In this document: positions 37,761 through 49,576 of the stretch, in pieces
How the letters are laid out: each line of letters opens with the position of its first letter
How positions within the stretch are numbered: the stretch's first letter is position 1
Source: an uncultured Clostridia bacterium
GTDB taxonomy: Bacteria; Acidobacteriota; Aminicenantia; UBA2199
DNA length: 64,000 nucleotides
Direction of reading: 5' to 3'
Assembly: GCA_964457225.1 (NCBI GenBank)
Contig: CAYWEM010000012.1
Coordinates: forward strand, 15,434-79,433
The notes under the pieces: model-generated
What the model saw: only the letters and a program-made list of their open reading frames with translations
The model's database searches: none
What the model was told of the DNA's origin: nothing
Translations under genes and position numbers: made by a program

Positions 37761-38180
37761 TTATATTTCCTGCTGGCCGGCTAATAACTGAACTTCATCG
37801 ATGCTGACCGCCATGATTTCGGTGTCCGCGGCCCGGAAAAAATTCTCCAGTCCGGGGTGTTTCAGGACCAGGAGTTTTTCGGCTTCGAGTTTTTCAGCAT
37901 CGGCCAGGGGCATAACGACAGTGCCCCTGATGGTCACAGCCTTGACAGCACTCAGGCCGGCCGCGGCCCCGGTCTGACGGGAATCGATCAGCACGCTGAC
38001 TCCTGGATTGGCCAGCAGGTTGAGATATTTCCTGGTATTCCGGGAACTGGCCAGGTAAAGCCTGCTGGAATCTTTGGAAGATGCATAGGACATCAGCGAG
38101 CAATGGGGCGATCCATCCCGCGCCGTGGCCAGCACGCACAGTTTCTCCGACCTGATCAGGTCATTGGCCTCACTCTTCAT
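37761..38180 (-). CDS. Pyridoxamine 5'-phosphate oxidase-like FMN-binding split-barrel protein
   Basis: 139 aa. General-stress-protein-26 / PNPOx-like family resemblance. Confidence 0.6.
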   Translation of the reverse strand: MKSEANDLIRSEKLCVLATARDGSPHCSLMSYASSKDSSRLYLASSRNTRKYLNLLANPGVSVLIDSRQTGAAAGLSAVKAVTIRGTVVMPLADAEKLEAEKLLVLKHPGLENFFRAADTEIMAVSIDEVQLLAGQQEI

Positions 38181-38204
38181 CCAGGCTCCTTGAACAGCCG
38201 CAAA

Positions 38205-41200
38205 TCATCTTTTGTTCTTCCAGTTCAGCTTGACCCGGTTGCCCAGGAAATAGATATTCGGTACTACCAACAAGGTCAGGAGGGTGGCGAAACTGAGCCC
38301 GAAAATCACCGTCCAGGCCAGCGGGCCCCAGAACATGGCATTATCTCCGCCGAAATAGATCTGGGGATTCAGGCGGGTGGCCAGGGTGACGAAGTTGAAA
38401 TTCAGACCTACGGCCATGGGAATCAGCCCCAGTATGGTGGTGATCGCGGTCAGTAAAACCGGGCGCAGGCGGGTGCGGCCGGCCTGGACCACGCATTCTT
38501 TGATTTCTTCCAGGGGCAGTTCCTCGTTTTCATCCAGTCCAAGCCTCATCCTGGCATTGGATTTCAGGTAATTGGTGTAGTCAATCAGCACGATGCCGTT
38601 GTTGACCACCACCCCGGCCAGTGAAATTATGCCGACTCCGGTCATCAGGATGATGAAATCCATGCGAAACAGCCCCAGACCCAGGAAAACACCGATGGTA
38701 CTCAGAATAACGGTAAAAACGATGATCATCGGCTTGATAAAGGAATTGAACTGGGTGACCAGGATCAGGGTGATAAGTGAAACGGCAATCAAGAGGGCCC
38801 TGAAGAGGAAGGCCGAGGTTTCATCCTGTTCCTGCTGTTGGCCGGTGAACTGGTAAGCGTAGCCCTCGGGCATTTTATAATCAGCCATGCTGGCTTTCAA
38901 CGCAGCTATGACCTGGTTGGGATTGAAACCCTGGATGACGTTGGACCAGAGCGTGATGACCCTTTTTTGGTTGAGCCGGTTTACCTGGCTGTAGGTGTTG
39001 CCGTATTCAATTCCGGCCACCGCCGCGATGGGCACCTGCATGATCTTGCCGGTGATCTGGCTGCGAAAAGTGATCTTCTGGTTGAGCAGTACGTTGAGCC
39101 GGTTGCGTTGTTCTTCGGCGAACCTCAGCATGATCGGATGGTCGTCTTCCCCGTCCTTGAACCTGGAGATTTCCTTGCCGAACAGGGCGGTTCGCAGGGT
39201 CGAGGCGATCTGCCCGGTGGACATGCCGAACCTGCGGGCCGCGTCCCGGTCAATGGTGATCACCAGCTCCGGACTGCCGAGATCCAGGTCCATTTTGAGA
39301 CCTTCCAGGCCGGGCACATTGGCCCGGGCCAGGTGGCTCTGCACATCCTGGGTCAGGGCGGCCAGGCCGGCGAAATCAGTGCCGGTGATTTCCAGGTTGA
39401 CCGGTTTGCCGGTGGGGGGCCCCATTTCGTTTTTCACCACCTGGACGATGACCCCGGGGTAGCGATGCAGAAGATCGTCACTCAGACTTTTCATTATCTC
39501 CGAGGTATTGGCACCGTCCCGGTCGATGACGTCAACAAAATGAACGGTCACCATGCCCTTGTGCGGGGTGGTGCCGGTGCTGAATTCGTTTTCCCCGACC
39601 ACGCCCTGGCCCACGGTGGTCAGCACTGATTTCACCAGTCCGGCATGGGGCTCAAGCAGTTTGAAGACCCTTTGCTCGAATTCCTGCATGAATTCATTGG
39701 TCATCTTGATATCAGTGCCGACCGGAAGTTCGGCGAACAAATTGACAAAGGAAGGCTCGTTGTCCGGAAAGAACAATACGTTCGGCTGACGCAGGCCGAA
39801 AAACATGATCGAAGCAAAAAGCAGACCTACCATGCCCAGCACAACCAGCCGCGGCCGGTTGTCCTTGAGAGTATAGCGCAGTAAAAAGAGGTAGCGCCGT
39901 TCAAGACCTGTCAGGAATTGGTTCTGGAACCAGCGGCTGAGATCGAAAAAGAGGAAATGGTTGAGCAGAATCAGCAGGCCGGCAAAACCCAGGACGACTC
40001 CCAGGACATTGACTCCGATCGCAAAGAACAGCAGGGAGACTCCGCTGAGAATGGCGGCCATCTTGAGTGTTTTCCGGCGTTCCGGTTTGCTGGGTTCGCC
40101 TTGCTGCCTGATAAAACGCACCGCCAGCACCGGGTTTATGACCAGGGCCACGAACAGCGAAGCCGACAGCGAGACGATCAGGGTCAGCGGCAGGTGCTTC
40201 ATGAATTCACCCATTATTCCCTGCCAGAATATCAGCGGAGAAAAAGCGGCCAGGGTGGTGGCCGTCGAGGAAATGATGGGCAGGGCTATCTCGCCCACGC
40301 CCTGGCGGGCTGCGCTAACCAGGGAATGCCCCTGCTGCAGGAAGCGGTGAATGTTCTCAATAACCACTATGGCGTTGTCGACCAGCATGCCGAGGGCCAG
40401 CACCAGCCCGAAAAGCACCATCATGTTGACCGTGGTACCCAGGGCGCTCAACACAACGAAGGATATCAGCATGGACATGGGGATGGCCAGGCCGACGAAT
40501 AGAGCGTTACGCAGTCCCAGGAACAGGAAAAGCACTCCCACCACGAAAATCACACCCATGATGATGTTGTTTTCCAGGTCGGAAACCATGGAGCGCACGT
40601 ACTCGGAATTGTCGTTGGTGACGGTCAGCTCCAGGTTGGCCGGCAATGCCCCGGACAGCCTGGCCTGGTCGAGCTTGGCCCGGATCTTGTCCACGGCGTT
40701 GACCAGGTTTTCACCGGATTTCTTGATCACCTGCAGGGAGACGACCGGATGGCCGTTAAGCCGGGCGAAGCTCTTCGGTTCTTCAAAACCGTCGACCACC
40801 TCGGCCACGTCACGCAGATAGACTATGCCTTCTCCATCCTCCTGCTTGACGATGACCCCGGCCAGTTCCCTTACTTCGCTGAACTCACCAACGGTTCTGA
40901 CCGCCCGGCGCACCCGGTCCAACACGATTTCACCGCCGGCCACGTTCATGTTTTCAAAAGCCACGGCATTCTCTATATCGCCGAAAGTCATTTCATAAGC
41001 TTCCAGCTTGAGCGGATCGACGTTGACCTGGATTTCACGCTGGTCGACACCCTTGATGTCAACCCGGGAAACCTCGACTATCGATTCAAGTTCATCCTGC
41101 AGGTACTCGGCATAATCCTTGAGTTCCCGGATACTGAAATCTCCGGACAAGTTGATGCTGATGATGGGAAACTCGTTCAGATCAAGCTCGAAAACCATCG

Positions 41201-41630
41201 GATCCATGGTCAGATCAGTGGGCAGTTCCCGCTTGGCCCGGTCAACCGCATCCTTGACATCCTGGAGTGCCTTGCTTATTTCAACGTTGGTGTTGAATTC
41301 GACGAAGACCATCGATGTTTCCTGGCTGGAATTGGAACTGAGCTTCTTGATTCCCGGCACGGTGTTGATTTCTTTTTCCAGCGGGCGGGTGATCAGGTTT
41401 TCAATGTCCAGGGGAGCATTGCCGGGATAGACCGTGTTGACAAACACCCAGGGCATGTTGACTTCGGGAAAAAGTTCCAGGGGCATGTTATTGTAGGCCA
41501 TCAATCCGAACAGCACCAGCAGTCCGGTCAGCAGTATAACCGTGGTGCGGTTGTTCAGGGCCAGGTTGGTCAGGCGGAATTCCCGCACCACCTTTTTTTT
41601 CTGATCACTGTTCTTTTCCATTTGTTTCAC
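38205..41630 (-). CDS. RND-family efflux transporter permease (AcrB/HAE1-like)
   Basis: 1141 aa. 12-TM RND architecture with two large periplasmic loops. Confidence 0.9.
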   Translation of the reverse strand: MKQMEKNSDQKKKVVREFRLTNLALNNRTTVILLTGLLVLFGLMAYNNMPLELFPEVNMPWVFVNTVYPGNAPLDIENLITRPLEKEINTVPGIKKLSSNSSQETSMVFVEFNTNVEISKALQDVKDAVDRAKRELPTDLTMDPMVFELDLNEFPIISINLSGDFSIRELKDYAEYLQDELESIVEVSRVDIKGVDQREIQVNVDPLKLEAYEMTFGDIENAVAFENMNVAGGEIVLDRVRRAVRTVGEFSEVRELAGVIVKQEDGEGIVYLRDVAEVVDGFEEPKSFARLNGHPVVSLQVIKKSGENLVNAVDKIRAKLDQARLSGALPANLELTVTNDNSEYVRSMVSDLENNIIMGVIFVVGVLFLFLGLRNALFVGLAIPMSMLISFVVLSALGTTVNMMVLFGLVLALGMLVDNAIVVIENIHRFLQQGHSLVSAARQGVGEIALPIISSTATTLAAFSPLIFWQGIMGEFMKHLPLTLIVSLSASLFVALVINPVLAVRFIRQQGEPSKPERRKTLKMAAILSGVSLLFFAIGVNVLGVVLGFAGLLILLNHFLFFDLSRWFQNQFLTGLERRYLFLLRYTLKDNRPRLVVLGMVGLLFASIMFFGLRQPNVLFFPDNEPSFVNLFAELPVGTDIKMTNEFMQEFEQRVFKLLEPHAGLVKSVLTTVGQGVVGENEFSTGTTPHKGMVTVHFVDVIDRDGANTSEIMKSLSDDLLHRYPGVIVQVVKNEMGPPTGKPVNLEITGTDFAGLAALTQDVQSHLARANVPGLEGLKMDLDLGSPELVITIDRDAARRFGMSTGQIASTLRTALFGKEISRFKDGEDDHPIMLRFAEEQRNRLNVLLNQKITFRSQITGKIMQVPIAAVAGIEYGNTYSQVNRLNQKRVITLWSNVIQGFNPNQVIAALKASMADYKMPEGYAYQFTGQQQEQDETSAFLFRALLIAVSLITLILVTQFNSFIKPMIIVFTVILSTIGVFLGLGLFRMDFIILMTGVGIISLAGVVVNNGIVLIDYTNYLKSNARMRLGLDENEELPLEEIKECVVQAGRTRLRPVLLTAITTILGLIPMAVGLNFNFVTLATRLNPQIYFGGDNAMFWGPLAWTVIFGLSFATLLTLLVVPNIYFLGNRVKLNWKNKR

Positions 41631-41644
41631 AGGCTCCCGAAATT

Positions 41645-42694
41645 TCAGCGCACCCGGACCGGCATGCCGTTGCTGACCAGGTTATATCCCACCACTATGA
41701 CCTGCCGGCCGGTCTGCAGGCCGCCGAGCACCATGGTGCGGCCCTCGTAGCTCAGACCCGTCTCAATGTAAACCTTGCGGGCCACGGCCTTTTCAGCCGA
41801 ACCCTCGAGCAGGTAAACGAAATTGCCCTGCAGATCACTCTTGATGACTATGGACGGCAGAACCAGGGCCTCTTCCGCCGTGAAATCGTTCAACTTCAGC
41901 GAGGCCATCATGTTCGGCTTGATGCTTTCATCTTCATTGCTCATTTCAACCTGGATGATCACCGTGCGGTTCTTGGGATTGATGGTCTGACTAATACGCC
42001 CGATTGTTTCAGTCCGACTGCGGCCGGGATAGGTGGGAAAACTCACTTCAACCTTATCCCCGCTGTTTATCCGGCCCAGGTAGCTTTCGGCCAGCTCGGC
42101 GTTAACTCTCATTCTCTGGAGGTTGACCAGGTGCAGCAGGACCATTCCGGGCATGGCCAGTTCACCCTGCTTACGTTCGATGCGATCGACTATCCCGGAT
42201 ATAGGGGCCCTGATTTCGGCCATTTCCAGCTGGGCCTGCATTGATTCCAACCTGTTTTCCAGCGATTCAAGGGTGGTTTTTGCTTCAAGATACTGAATCT
42301 CAGAGCCGATCTTCTTGTCCCACAGATCACGGCGCCTCTGGTAAACGACCCTGGCCAGTTCAAGTCCGCTTTTAAGCTCGGCTATGCCGCTGCGCACGGC
42401 ATCGGCGTTCAGTGAAACCAGCAACTGACCTTTCTTGACCTGTTGTCCCTCGATGACGTGGAAAGCCATGATGCGGCCGGCTGTTTCCGGGCTGACATAA
42501 GCTTCCTCCACGGCTTCAACCGCGCCGTTGATGGTCAGGTAATGGGCGAAGGATTCGGGAGACATCAGTTTGGTCTCAACCAGCACTCTTTCATTCGATC
42601 CGCCTTCGCCGGAATCGGCGCCGGGCCGGTCTTGGCCGCAGGCCAGGCAGAAAACTATTGACGATACCATGATGATCGCGGTTATGCTTTTCAT
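41645..42694 (-). CDS. RND efflux periplasmic adaptor (membrane fusion protein), lipoprotein
   Basis: 349 aa. Lipobox VFCLACGQ. HlyD-like coiled-coil and beta-barrel domains. Confidence 0.85.
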   Translation of the reverse strand: MKSITAIIMVSSIVFCLACGQDRPGADSGEGGSNERVLVETKLMSPESFAHYLTINGAVEAVEEAYVSPETAGRIMAFHVIEGQQVKKGQLLVSLNADAVRSGIAELKSGLELARVVYQRRRDLWDKKIGSEIQYLEAKTTLESLENRLESMQAQLEMAEIRAPISGIVDRIERKQGELAMPGMVLLHLVNLQRMRVNAELAESYLGRINSGDKVEVSFPTYPGRSRTETIGRISQTINPKNRTVIIQVEMSNEDESIKPNMMASLKLNDFTAEEALVLPSIVIKSDLQGNFVYLLEGSAEKAVARKVYIETGLSYEGRTMVLGGLQTGRQVIVVGYNLVSNGMPVRVR

Positions 42695-42705
42695 TTTTTC
42701 CTCAC

Positions 42706-44061
42706 TTAAAGACGATTCATTGCTTTTTCGAGCTCGTTCCTGGCGTTGAACAGGGCTACCAGGGCCTGGGTAAGGTTCGACTCGGCGTTCAGGTACTGGT
42801 TGTGCACCTGGGTCAGGCTCAGGGTGTCCAGCAACCCCTTGTTGAACTTGATCCGGCTGTTTTCGTAAATACGCCGGGCCAGGTTGACCGATTGCCTGCT
42901 GTTTTCCAACCTTTCATATGCTTCCCGGTATTCGGAGCGCGCCTTTTCCAGGGCCAACTGCAGGGCGTCGGCCACCTGTTTTTTCAGGTTTGCGGTTTTG
43001 CGCAGTTCAAGACTGGCCTGGGCCACCCTGGCCAGGCGCTGCCCGGAAGAGAAAACGGGCAGCGAAAAGTTCAGGCCGAGAACTGAAGCCGGGAACCATT
43101 TTTCCTCCCGTGACAGGAAATTGAACCGGTTGCGCATGGCCGAACCGGACAGGCTGAAAAAGGCCGTGATAGTGGGCAGGAATTCGGATTTTTCCCGCTT
43201 GAGCAGGAGAGCCATGGACTGTTCCTGGGTTTCCACGATGCGAAAATCTATGTGCCGGCTGAGATCGATTGCAAGATCGTATGCCACGGGAGCCTGCAGT
43301 CCGGCCTGGATATCTTCGAGAGTTTCGGTCAGTTCGATTTCAGTTTCCAGTTCAAGTCCCATCTGGAACTTGAGCAGGCGCTCGGTCAGCTGAACCTGGT
43401 TGCGGCCGGAGACCAGCATGGAGTCGAGATCAGCCAGGTTCAGGTTCAACTGATCCACATCGGCTTCCTCCACGAAACCGGCCTTGAACAATTCACCAAC
43501 CTCGTAAACCGACTGGTTCAGGTTGCCCCTGGCCTGTTCCAGGATTCTGAGATTCTCTTCAGCCATTAAAACCAGGTAATAACTGCTGGAAACAGCTTCG
43601 CGCACGTCTATTTCTTTCTTCTCAAGCTGGTTTTTCGACAATTGCTGGTAAACCTTGGCCGCCTGCAGGCCGACGATGTAAGAACCGTTGAAAATGAGCT
43701 GGGTGGCGGTCAGCTCCAGGCTGGCATTGTGCTGGGTTCCGAACTTGACGTCCAGGAAATCGTCAGGGCCGGCATCAGGATCGAAAAACTGGGCCGGGAT
43801 CAGGGTGGTCGGAATCTTGAGCATGTTGGTGTAGGACATGGCGGCGGAGATTTGGGGCAGGCCGATGGCCGTGGTTTCCCAGGTTTTCCTGGCCGCCATG
43901 ATCACGTCAAGCCTGGCGTTGATTGCCTCCAGGTTGTTGGCCACGGCAAAATCACAGGCCTGGCGCAGAGAGAACCTCATGGGTTCCCGGTCGGACTCCG
44001 CGGCCGGCGCCAGGATTGCTGACAACAAGATGACCATTGACAGGATTAAGTTTTTTTTCAT
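42706..44061 (-). CDS. TolC-like outer-membrane efflux channel
   Basis: 451 aa. Signal peptide. Duplicated OEP repeats. Confidence 0.8.
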   Translation of the reverse strand: MKKNLILSMVILLSAILAPAAESDREPMRFSLRQACDFAVANNLEAINARLDVIMAARKTWETTAIGLPQISAAMSYTNMLKIPTTLIPAQFFDPDAGPDDFLDVKFGTQHNASLELTATQLIFNGSYIVGLQAAKVYQQLSKNQLEKKEIDVREAVSSSYYLVLMAEENLRILEQARGNLNQSVYEVGELFKAGFVEEADVDQLNLNLADLDSMLVSGRNQVQLTERLLKFQMGLELETEIELTETLEDIQAGLQAPVAYDLAIDLSRHIDFRIVETQEQSMALLLKREKSEFLPTITAFFSLSGSAMRNRFNFLSREEKWFPASVLGLNFSLPVFSSGQRLARVAQASLELRKTANLKKQVADALQLALEKARSEYREAYERLENSRQSVNLARRIYENSRIKFNKGLLDTLSLTQVHNQYLNAESNLTQALVALFNARNELEKAMNRL

Positions 44062-44318
44062 CGATTAATTCTCCGTTGCCCGGCTGAAGTGTACAGCCCT
44101 CGTTTGATCTTTTTCACCTCGGATTATCTTGCTCCCGGAGGCAGGGCGTCTCTTCCAGCCTTGCAGCTGACATTATAGCCCATTTCAGCTCAGAAAAAAG
44201 CTCTTTTCGATTCTTTCAGGTAAACGGCGGCTTTTTCCCGGTGAGTGAAGATGCCGGGCTCAGAATCTTTTTCACTGACATTGCATAAAAAACATCAAAG
44301 ATTTAGAATTGCCCAGAG

Positions 44319-45980
44319 GTGAACATGGAAAAAACCTTGTGCGCAATGATCAGCAACAGTATCAACCGTTACTGGAACCTGCCGGCCATGGCCGATTACG
44401 AGGGCGAAGCAATCACCTATGGAGACGTCGCCAACCGGATCACCAGGCTGCACGCCCTGTTTACCGGCCTGAAGATAAAACCCGGAGACAAGATCGCCCT
44501 GCTCGGCAAGAATTCGCTGGACTGGGCGGTGGCCTACCTGGCCACGGTCAGTTACGGAGCGGTGGTGGTACCGATACTCTCCGACTTCAAGACCAATGAC
44601 ATCCACCACATCGTCAACCACTCCGACGCCCTGATTCTTTTCACCGGCAGGGCAACGGCGGAAAGCCTGGATGAGACCAAAATGCTGAACCTGGGATACA
44701 TCTTTTCCCTGGACAACCTGGAGTTGATTCATTCCAGCCGAAAAAACGCTGAAAAGACGATAAAAAAAATCGCAGAAGAACACCGGGATGCCGGCAAGCC
44801 GCCGCTGAGCGCGGACAGCTTCCGCACCCACCAGGCAGGCCCTGATGACCTGGCCTGCCTGAGTTACACTTCCGGCACCACCGGGTTTTCCAAGGGTGTG
44901 ATGCTGAGCCACGCCAACCTGCAGGCCAACGTACTCTTCGCCCAGAAAAACATGCCCCTCAAGCCGGGAGACCGCATCCTTTCATTTCTGCCCCTGGCCC
45001 ATGCCTACGGCTGTGCCTTTGAATTTCTCTTTCCCTTTTCTTCAGGCTGTTTCATTACTTTCCTGGGCCGGACGCCTACTCCGCGCACCATAATCGAGGC
45101 CTTCTCGGCCATCAAGCCGCAGCTGGTGCTTTCCGTGCCGTTGATCATGGAGAAGATCTATAAAAAGCAGATCAAACCGGTGCTGGAATCCGGCAAGATG
45201 AAGGTTTTAACATCTCTGCCGCCCCTGAAGAAAATTGTGTTCCGAAAAATCCGCCGGCGCTTGATCGACCTGTTCGGCGGCAATTTCCACGAAGTGGTCA
45301 TCGGGGGGGCGGCACTCAACGCCGAGGTTGAACTCTTTCTGAAAGCCATTGAATTCCCCTTCACTTCAGGTTACGGTATGACCGAGTGCGGCCCCCTGAT
45401 ATCCTACAGCAACTGGAAAATCACCCGCACTTTCTCGGTGGGGCGACCGGTGGACGGCATGGAAGTCAGGATCGCTTCATCCGATCCGGCGAACGTCGTC
45501 GGAGAGATTCTGACCAGGGGAATCAACGTATTCCGTGGGTATTACAAGAACCCTGAAACAACCGCTGAAACCATCGACCAGGACGGCTGGCTGCATACCG
45601 GTGATCTCGGAGTAATGGACCGGGACGGTTTTGTCTACATCAAGGGCCGTTGCAAGAACATGATCCTGGGTTCTTCGGGTCAAAACATATATCCTGAAGA
45701 AATCGAAGCCAAGCTCAACAACCTGCCCTACGTTGGAGAATCCCTGGTGGTCGAAAGCGAGTGTAAGCTGATCGCCCTGGTCTATCCGGACCTTGAACTG
45801 GTTGACCAGCAGGGCCTGAAGGAAAACGAACTGAAAGCCATGATGGAAAAAAACCGGCATAGTCTCAATTCTGAACTGCCCGCATTTTCCAGGATCACCC
45901 GCATTGATCTCTACCCGGAAGAATTTGAAAAAACGGCCACCAAAAAGATCAAGCGTTTCTTGTACTCGCTCGGAGGCTGA
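44319..45980 (+). CDS. Long-chain-fatty-acid--CoA ligase (AMP-dependent synthetase/ligase)
   Basis: AMP-binding motif [18 protein letters not shown], and DGWLHTGD. Start GTG 44319 or ATG 44325. Promoter TTGCAT-17-TAGAAT at 44281-44309. Confidence 0.85.
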   Translation: MNMEKTLCAMISNSINRYWNLPAMADYEGEAITYGDVANRITRLHALFTGLKIKPGDKIALLGKNSLDWAVAYLATVSYGAVVVPILSDFKTNDIHHIVNHSDALILFTGRATAESLDETKMLNLGYIFSLDNLELIHSSRKNAEKTIKKIAEEHRDAGKPPLSADSFRTHQAGPDDLACLSYTSGTTGFSKGVMLSHANLQANVLFAQKNMPLKPGDRILSFLPLAHAYGCAFEFLFPFSSGCFITFLGRTPTPRTIIEAFSAIKPQLVLSVPLIMEKIYKKQIKPVLESGKMKVLTSLPPLKKIVFRKIRRRLIDLFGGNFHEVVIGGAALNAEVELFLKAIEFPFTSGYGMTECGPLISYSNWKITRTFSVGRPVDGMEVRIASSDPANVVGEILTRGINVFRGYYKNPETTAETIDQDGWLHTGDLGVMDRDGFVYIKGRCKNMILGSSGQNIYPEEIEAKLNNLPYVGESLVVESECKLIALVYPDLELVDQQGLKENELKAMMEKNRHSLNSELPAFSRITRIDLYPEEFEKTATKKIKRFLYSLGG

Positions 45981-46063
45981 TATTCCTGCTGAGCCTTTTC
46001 AGCAGACCGCGACAGATTTCCTTGGTCCGTAGGCGGAGTTCCGGAATACCCGGAGGAGGAAAA

Positions 46064-48379
46064 ATGAAAGAAAACAAATCAATCCATGACACCCTGAAAG
46101 ACCCGGTCTGTCATATGGATGTGCAGGACAGTTCCCCTTTCAGCCACAGGTTCAAGGGCCGTGACTATTATTTCTGCAGTGAGCATTGCCTGTTGAAATT
46201 CAGGCGTGACCCGCGCTCTTATCTCGATCCAGACCGGGCCGCCGCCGACCAGGTACATTCCGCGGAAAGCATTTACAGCTGCCCCATGCACCCGGAAGTT
46301 GAAAAACCAGGACCGGGTGATTGCCCGAAATGCGGCATGCCGCTCGAACCGCTCGACCCGGCACAGCCTGAGGACAACCAGGAACAGCTAAGGCTGGCTC
46401 GTCGCTTCTGGTTCTGCACAGCCCTGGCCTTGCCGGTTTTCCTGCTGGCCATGCTGGGCGACATGACTCCGGAACGACTGCCGGACTGGCTCAGCCGAAG
46501 CCTGTCTCAGTGGCTGCAGTTTTTCCTGGCCACCCCGGTGGTGTTCTGGGGGGGCTGGCCCTTTTTCGTCAAAGCGCTGCAGTCATTGAAAAGCAGGAGC
46601 TTGAACATGTTCACCCTGATCGGGCTGGGCGTCGCCACTGCCTGGTTTTACAGCTTCTGGGCCATACTGCTGCCGGGAGTTTTCCCCCCGGAGATGCGCA
46701 CCGAGGGGGGGCTGGTCGAAGTTTACTTTGAAGCCGCGGCGGTGATCACCACCCTGGTCATCCTGGGCCAGTGGCTGGAAGCCGGAGCCCGATCCCGGAC
46801 CAACACCGCCATTAAACTGTTGCTCGGCCTGGCTCCGAACCGGGCCTGGATAATTCACCCGGACGGACGGGAAGAGGAAATCCCGATTTCCGAGGTCAAG
46901 GTAGGTGACCGGTTACGCATCAGGCCCGGAGAGAGAGTTCCGGTGGACGGCCTGGTAAGCGGCGGAGAAAGCTACGTCGACGAATCGATGATTACCGGTG
47001 AGCCTGTTCCGGTGGGGAAAAAATCCGGGGACAGGCTTATCGGTGCAACCGTCAACGGTACAGGCTCACTGTTGATGACCGCCGAAAAAGTCGGTTCTGA
47101 AACCCTGCTGGCCAGGATCGTCAGCATGGTTGCCGAGGCCCAGCGCTCCCGGGCTCCGATCCAGAAACTGGCTGATAGAGTTTCAGCTTACTTTGTTCCG
47201 GCAGTAGTCGCAGTGGCTCTGCTGACCTTCGGCGCCTGGCTGATTTTCGGTCCCCAGCCCCGCCTGGCTTATGCCCTGGTCAACGCGGTGGCGGTGCTGA
47301 TCATCGCCTGTCCCTGCGCCCTGGGCCTGGCCACCCCGATCTCCGTAACCGTGGGAACCGGCCGGGGAGCCCGCTCGGGAATCCTGTTCAAAAATGCCGA
47401 AGCCCTGGAAATGCTGGAAAAAATAGACACCCTGGTGCTGGATAAAACCGGAACCCTGACCGTCGGCAAACCGAGAGTGACAACTATCAAGCCTGAAAAA
47501 GGCTTCAGCGCGGACCAGGTACTGAGCGCCGCCGCCAGCCTGGAACAAGCCAGTGAACATCCATTGGCCCGGGCCCTGGTGGACGCCGCCAGGGAAAAAT
47601 CCCTGCCCCTGGTCCAGCCGGAAAAATTCGAATCCCTGACCGGCCTGGGTGTCAGGGGGGAAACCCCCGATTTCAGAATTGCCGTGGGTAACGAGTCCCT
47701 GATGAACAAACTGGGCATCGCGACCGGGAGCATGGACCGGGAGATTGACGGCCGTAGCGAAGCGGGATCCACCACGGTCCTGGTGGCCGTTGACGGCCGG
47801 CCGGCCGGCAGCATAAGTATTTCCGACACCCTGAAGGAATCCACTGCCGGCGCGGTTAAAGATTTACAGGCCTCCGGCATAAAGATAGTCATGCTTACCG
47901 GGGACAACCGGGCGGCCGCCGCGATAGTGGCGGAAAAAATCGGCATCGATGATTTTCAGGCCGAGGTATTGCCGGAGCAAAAAAGAGAACTGATAAAAAA
48001 ACTTCAGGATGAAGGACGCACGGTCGCCATGGCCGGTGACGGCATCAACGATGCTCCTGCCCTGGCACAGGCCCAGGTGGGTATCGCCATGGGCGACGGC
48101 ACGGACGTGGCCATTGAAAGCGCCGGGATCACCCTGGTCAAGGGTGATCTGAGAGGCATAGCCAAGGCCGTCCGGCTGAGCCGGTCCACCATGCGCAATA
48201 TCCGCCAGAACCTTTTCTTCGCCTTTATCTACAACTCGGCCGGGATTCCGATCGCCGCCGGTGTTCTCTATCCCCTCTTCGGATTACTGCTTTCCCCGAT
48301 GATCGCCGCCGCGGCCATGAGTTTCAGCTCGGTTTCAGTTATCGGCAATGCACTGAGACTCAGAAAGCTGGAATTGTGA
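46064..48379 (+). CDS. copA: Copper-translocating P1B-type ATPase with N-terminal YHS and CxxC metal-binding domains
   Basis: Start MKENKSIHD (GGAGGAGG RBS). YHS-like [19 protein letters not shown]...CPKCG. CPC in [18 protein letters not shown] phosphorylation site. GDGINDAP. Confidence 0.9.
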   Translation: MKENKSIHDTLKDPVCHMDVQDSSPFSHRFKGRDYYFCSEHCLLKFRRDPRSYLDPDRAAADQVHSAESIYSCPMHPEVEKPGPGDCPKCGMPLEPLDPAQPEDNQEQLRLARRFWFCTALALPVFLLAMLGDMTPERLPDWLSRSLSQWLQFFLATPVVFWGGWPFFVKALQSLKSRSLNMFTLIGLGVATAWFYSFWAILLPGVFPPEMRTEGGLVEVYFEAAAVITTLVILGQWLEAGARSRTNTAIKLLLGLAPNRAWIIHPDGREEEIPISEVKVGDRLRIRPGERVPVDGLVSGGESYVDESMITGEPVPVGKKSGDRLIGATVNGTGSLLMTAEKVGSETLLARIVSMVAEAQRSRAPIQKLADRVSAYFVPAVVAVALLTFGAWLIFGPQPRLAYALVNAVAVLIIACPCALGLATPISVTVGTGRGARSGILFKNAEALEMLEKIDTLVLDKTGTLTVGKPRVTTIKPEKGFSADQVLSAAASLEQASEHPLARALVDAAREKSLPLVQPEKFESLTGLGVRGETPDFRIAVGNESLMNKLGIATGSMDREIDGRSEAGSTTVLVAVDGRPAGSISISDTLKESTAGAVKDLQASGIKIVMLTGDNRAAAAIVAEKIGIDDFQAEVLPEQKRELIKKLQDEGRTVAMAGDGINDAPALAQAQVGIAMGDGTDVAIESAGITLVKGDLRGIAKAVRLSRSTMRNIRQNLFFAFIYNSAGIPIAAGVLYPLFGLLLSPMIAAAAMSFSSVSVIGNALRLRKLEL

Positions 48380-48402
48380 AGGAAGCTTTCAGGCGTGCTG
48401 AA

Positions 48403-48432
48403 AGCGGGCCGCCGGGGAGGAGGATATCCCCG
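48403..48432. terminator. 11-bp GC-rich hairpin (GCCGCCGGGGA-ggaggata-TCCCCGGCGGC) between convergent copA and the PDZ protein gene
   Basis: Perfect 11-bp inverted repeat with no adjacent U-tract. Likely a bidirectional terminator or RNA-stability element. Confidence 0.4.
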
Positions 48433-48447
48433 GCGGCTGATCCGCAA

Positions 48448-49449
48448 TCAGACTGAAACAACTCGAAAAACTCTGGTCCCGACCCTGGATTTTATTTTTT
48501 CAACCCGGCGGAGAATGGCTTCCCTCTCCGGCCCGAATTTGAGCCGCAGTTCCCGCCCGGCCGCCTGCATTTCCCTGCCGATTTCTTCCAGCTTCTCTTT
48601 CAGGCGGATCAATTCATCTTTTGGTATTTCCCTGATTTTCCCCAGCATCTTTTCCCGCTCGGAGTCCAACCCGGGAAAACCCAGATCAAACCGTGGGCCG
48701 GGGAGAAAATGGTGATTCGAGGCCAGTTCAACCTGCAATTCCCGTTTCTTCTTTTTTCGCAAGACCTGCAATCTGACCTGGTCACCCTTGCCTTTGCCGG
48801 CCAGAAAGCGGACCAGGTCATCGGGTTCTTTAACAACTGTTTCATCAGCCCCGAAAATTACATCCCCCGGCAGCAGGCCGGCCCGGGCCGCCGGAGTTTC
48901 CGCGCCGACTTCAAGCACCAGGGCGCCACCGCCGCTGACCGTGCCGAAATAAGCGGCCAGGTTTTCATCCAGGCGATTCAGGGTGACGCCCAGGTATGCT
49001 CCGCGGGTGAAACCATTCCAGGCGAATTCCCTCGGACCGAAAAGCATTAAGCCCCCGGCTTTCCTGGCGTCCAGCACGGTTGTCAAGCTTGTTTCCCGGC
49101 CCTCCCTGAGTACCGTGATTTCAACCCGGTCCCCGGGTTTTTTCTGCCGAATCAGGTCGACCAGGTCGGCTGGATCGCCCACTTCACGATCGTCGACCCT
49201 TATTATCAGGTCACCCTTGAGCAGGCCGGCCTTTTCCGCGGCCTGGCCGGGCAGTACGCTTTCAACCAGGGCGCCCCGCTTATCGGCGGCTTCCCCGTCC
49301 GGAGTGATCACGGTCACTCCAAGGGAGGCTTTCTTATCCTGCCCGGCCTTTTCCGCCTGCTGTTCCCGGGCGGAAAGCGCGCAAACCAGCAGAATCAGGC
49401 AAGCCAGTAATACCAGCAACATCGAATTGATTTTTTTTATGAACAACAT
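48448..49449 (-). CDS. Secreted protein with two PDZ domains
   Basis: 333 aa. Signal peptide. Two GLLKGDLI / GLLPGDVI PDZ carboxylate-binding-loop regions. Confidence 0.7.
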   Translation of the reverse strand: MLFIKKINSMLLVLLACLILLVCALSAREQQAEKAGQDKKASLGVTVITPDGEAADKRGALVESVLPGQAAEKAGLLKGDLIIRVDDREVGDPADLVDLIRQKKPGDRVEITVLREGRETSLTTVLDARKAGGLMLFGPREFAWNGFTRGAYLGVTLNRLDENLAAYFGTVSGGGALVLEVGAETPAARAGLLPGDVIFGADETVVKEPDDLVRFLAGKGKGDQVRLQVLRKKKKRELQVELASNHHFLPGPRFDLGFPGLDSEREKMLGKIREIPKDELIRLKEKLEEIGREMQAAGRELRLKFGPEREAILRRVEKIKSRVGTRVFRVVSV

Positions 49450-49576
49450 GTCGACCTCCTGTTATCTTGCTTTTTACAACCGTATAGACCTGTCGAAGCG
49501 GGAAAAAGTTTCAAGCCGCTTTTCAGCGAGGCTGATTTGAGTTATCATCTTGATAAAATCCCTTTCGGAGCGAAAA

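Noticed and set aside
40749-41750. 333-aa plus-strand ORF inside the RND permease gene, and similar large antisense ORFs at 38838-39629, 14549-15280, 23818-24912 and 61594-62196
   Set aside because: All lie antisense within genes that have strong family signatures. They show no independent signals.
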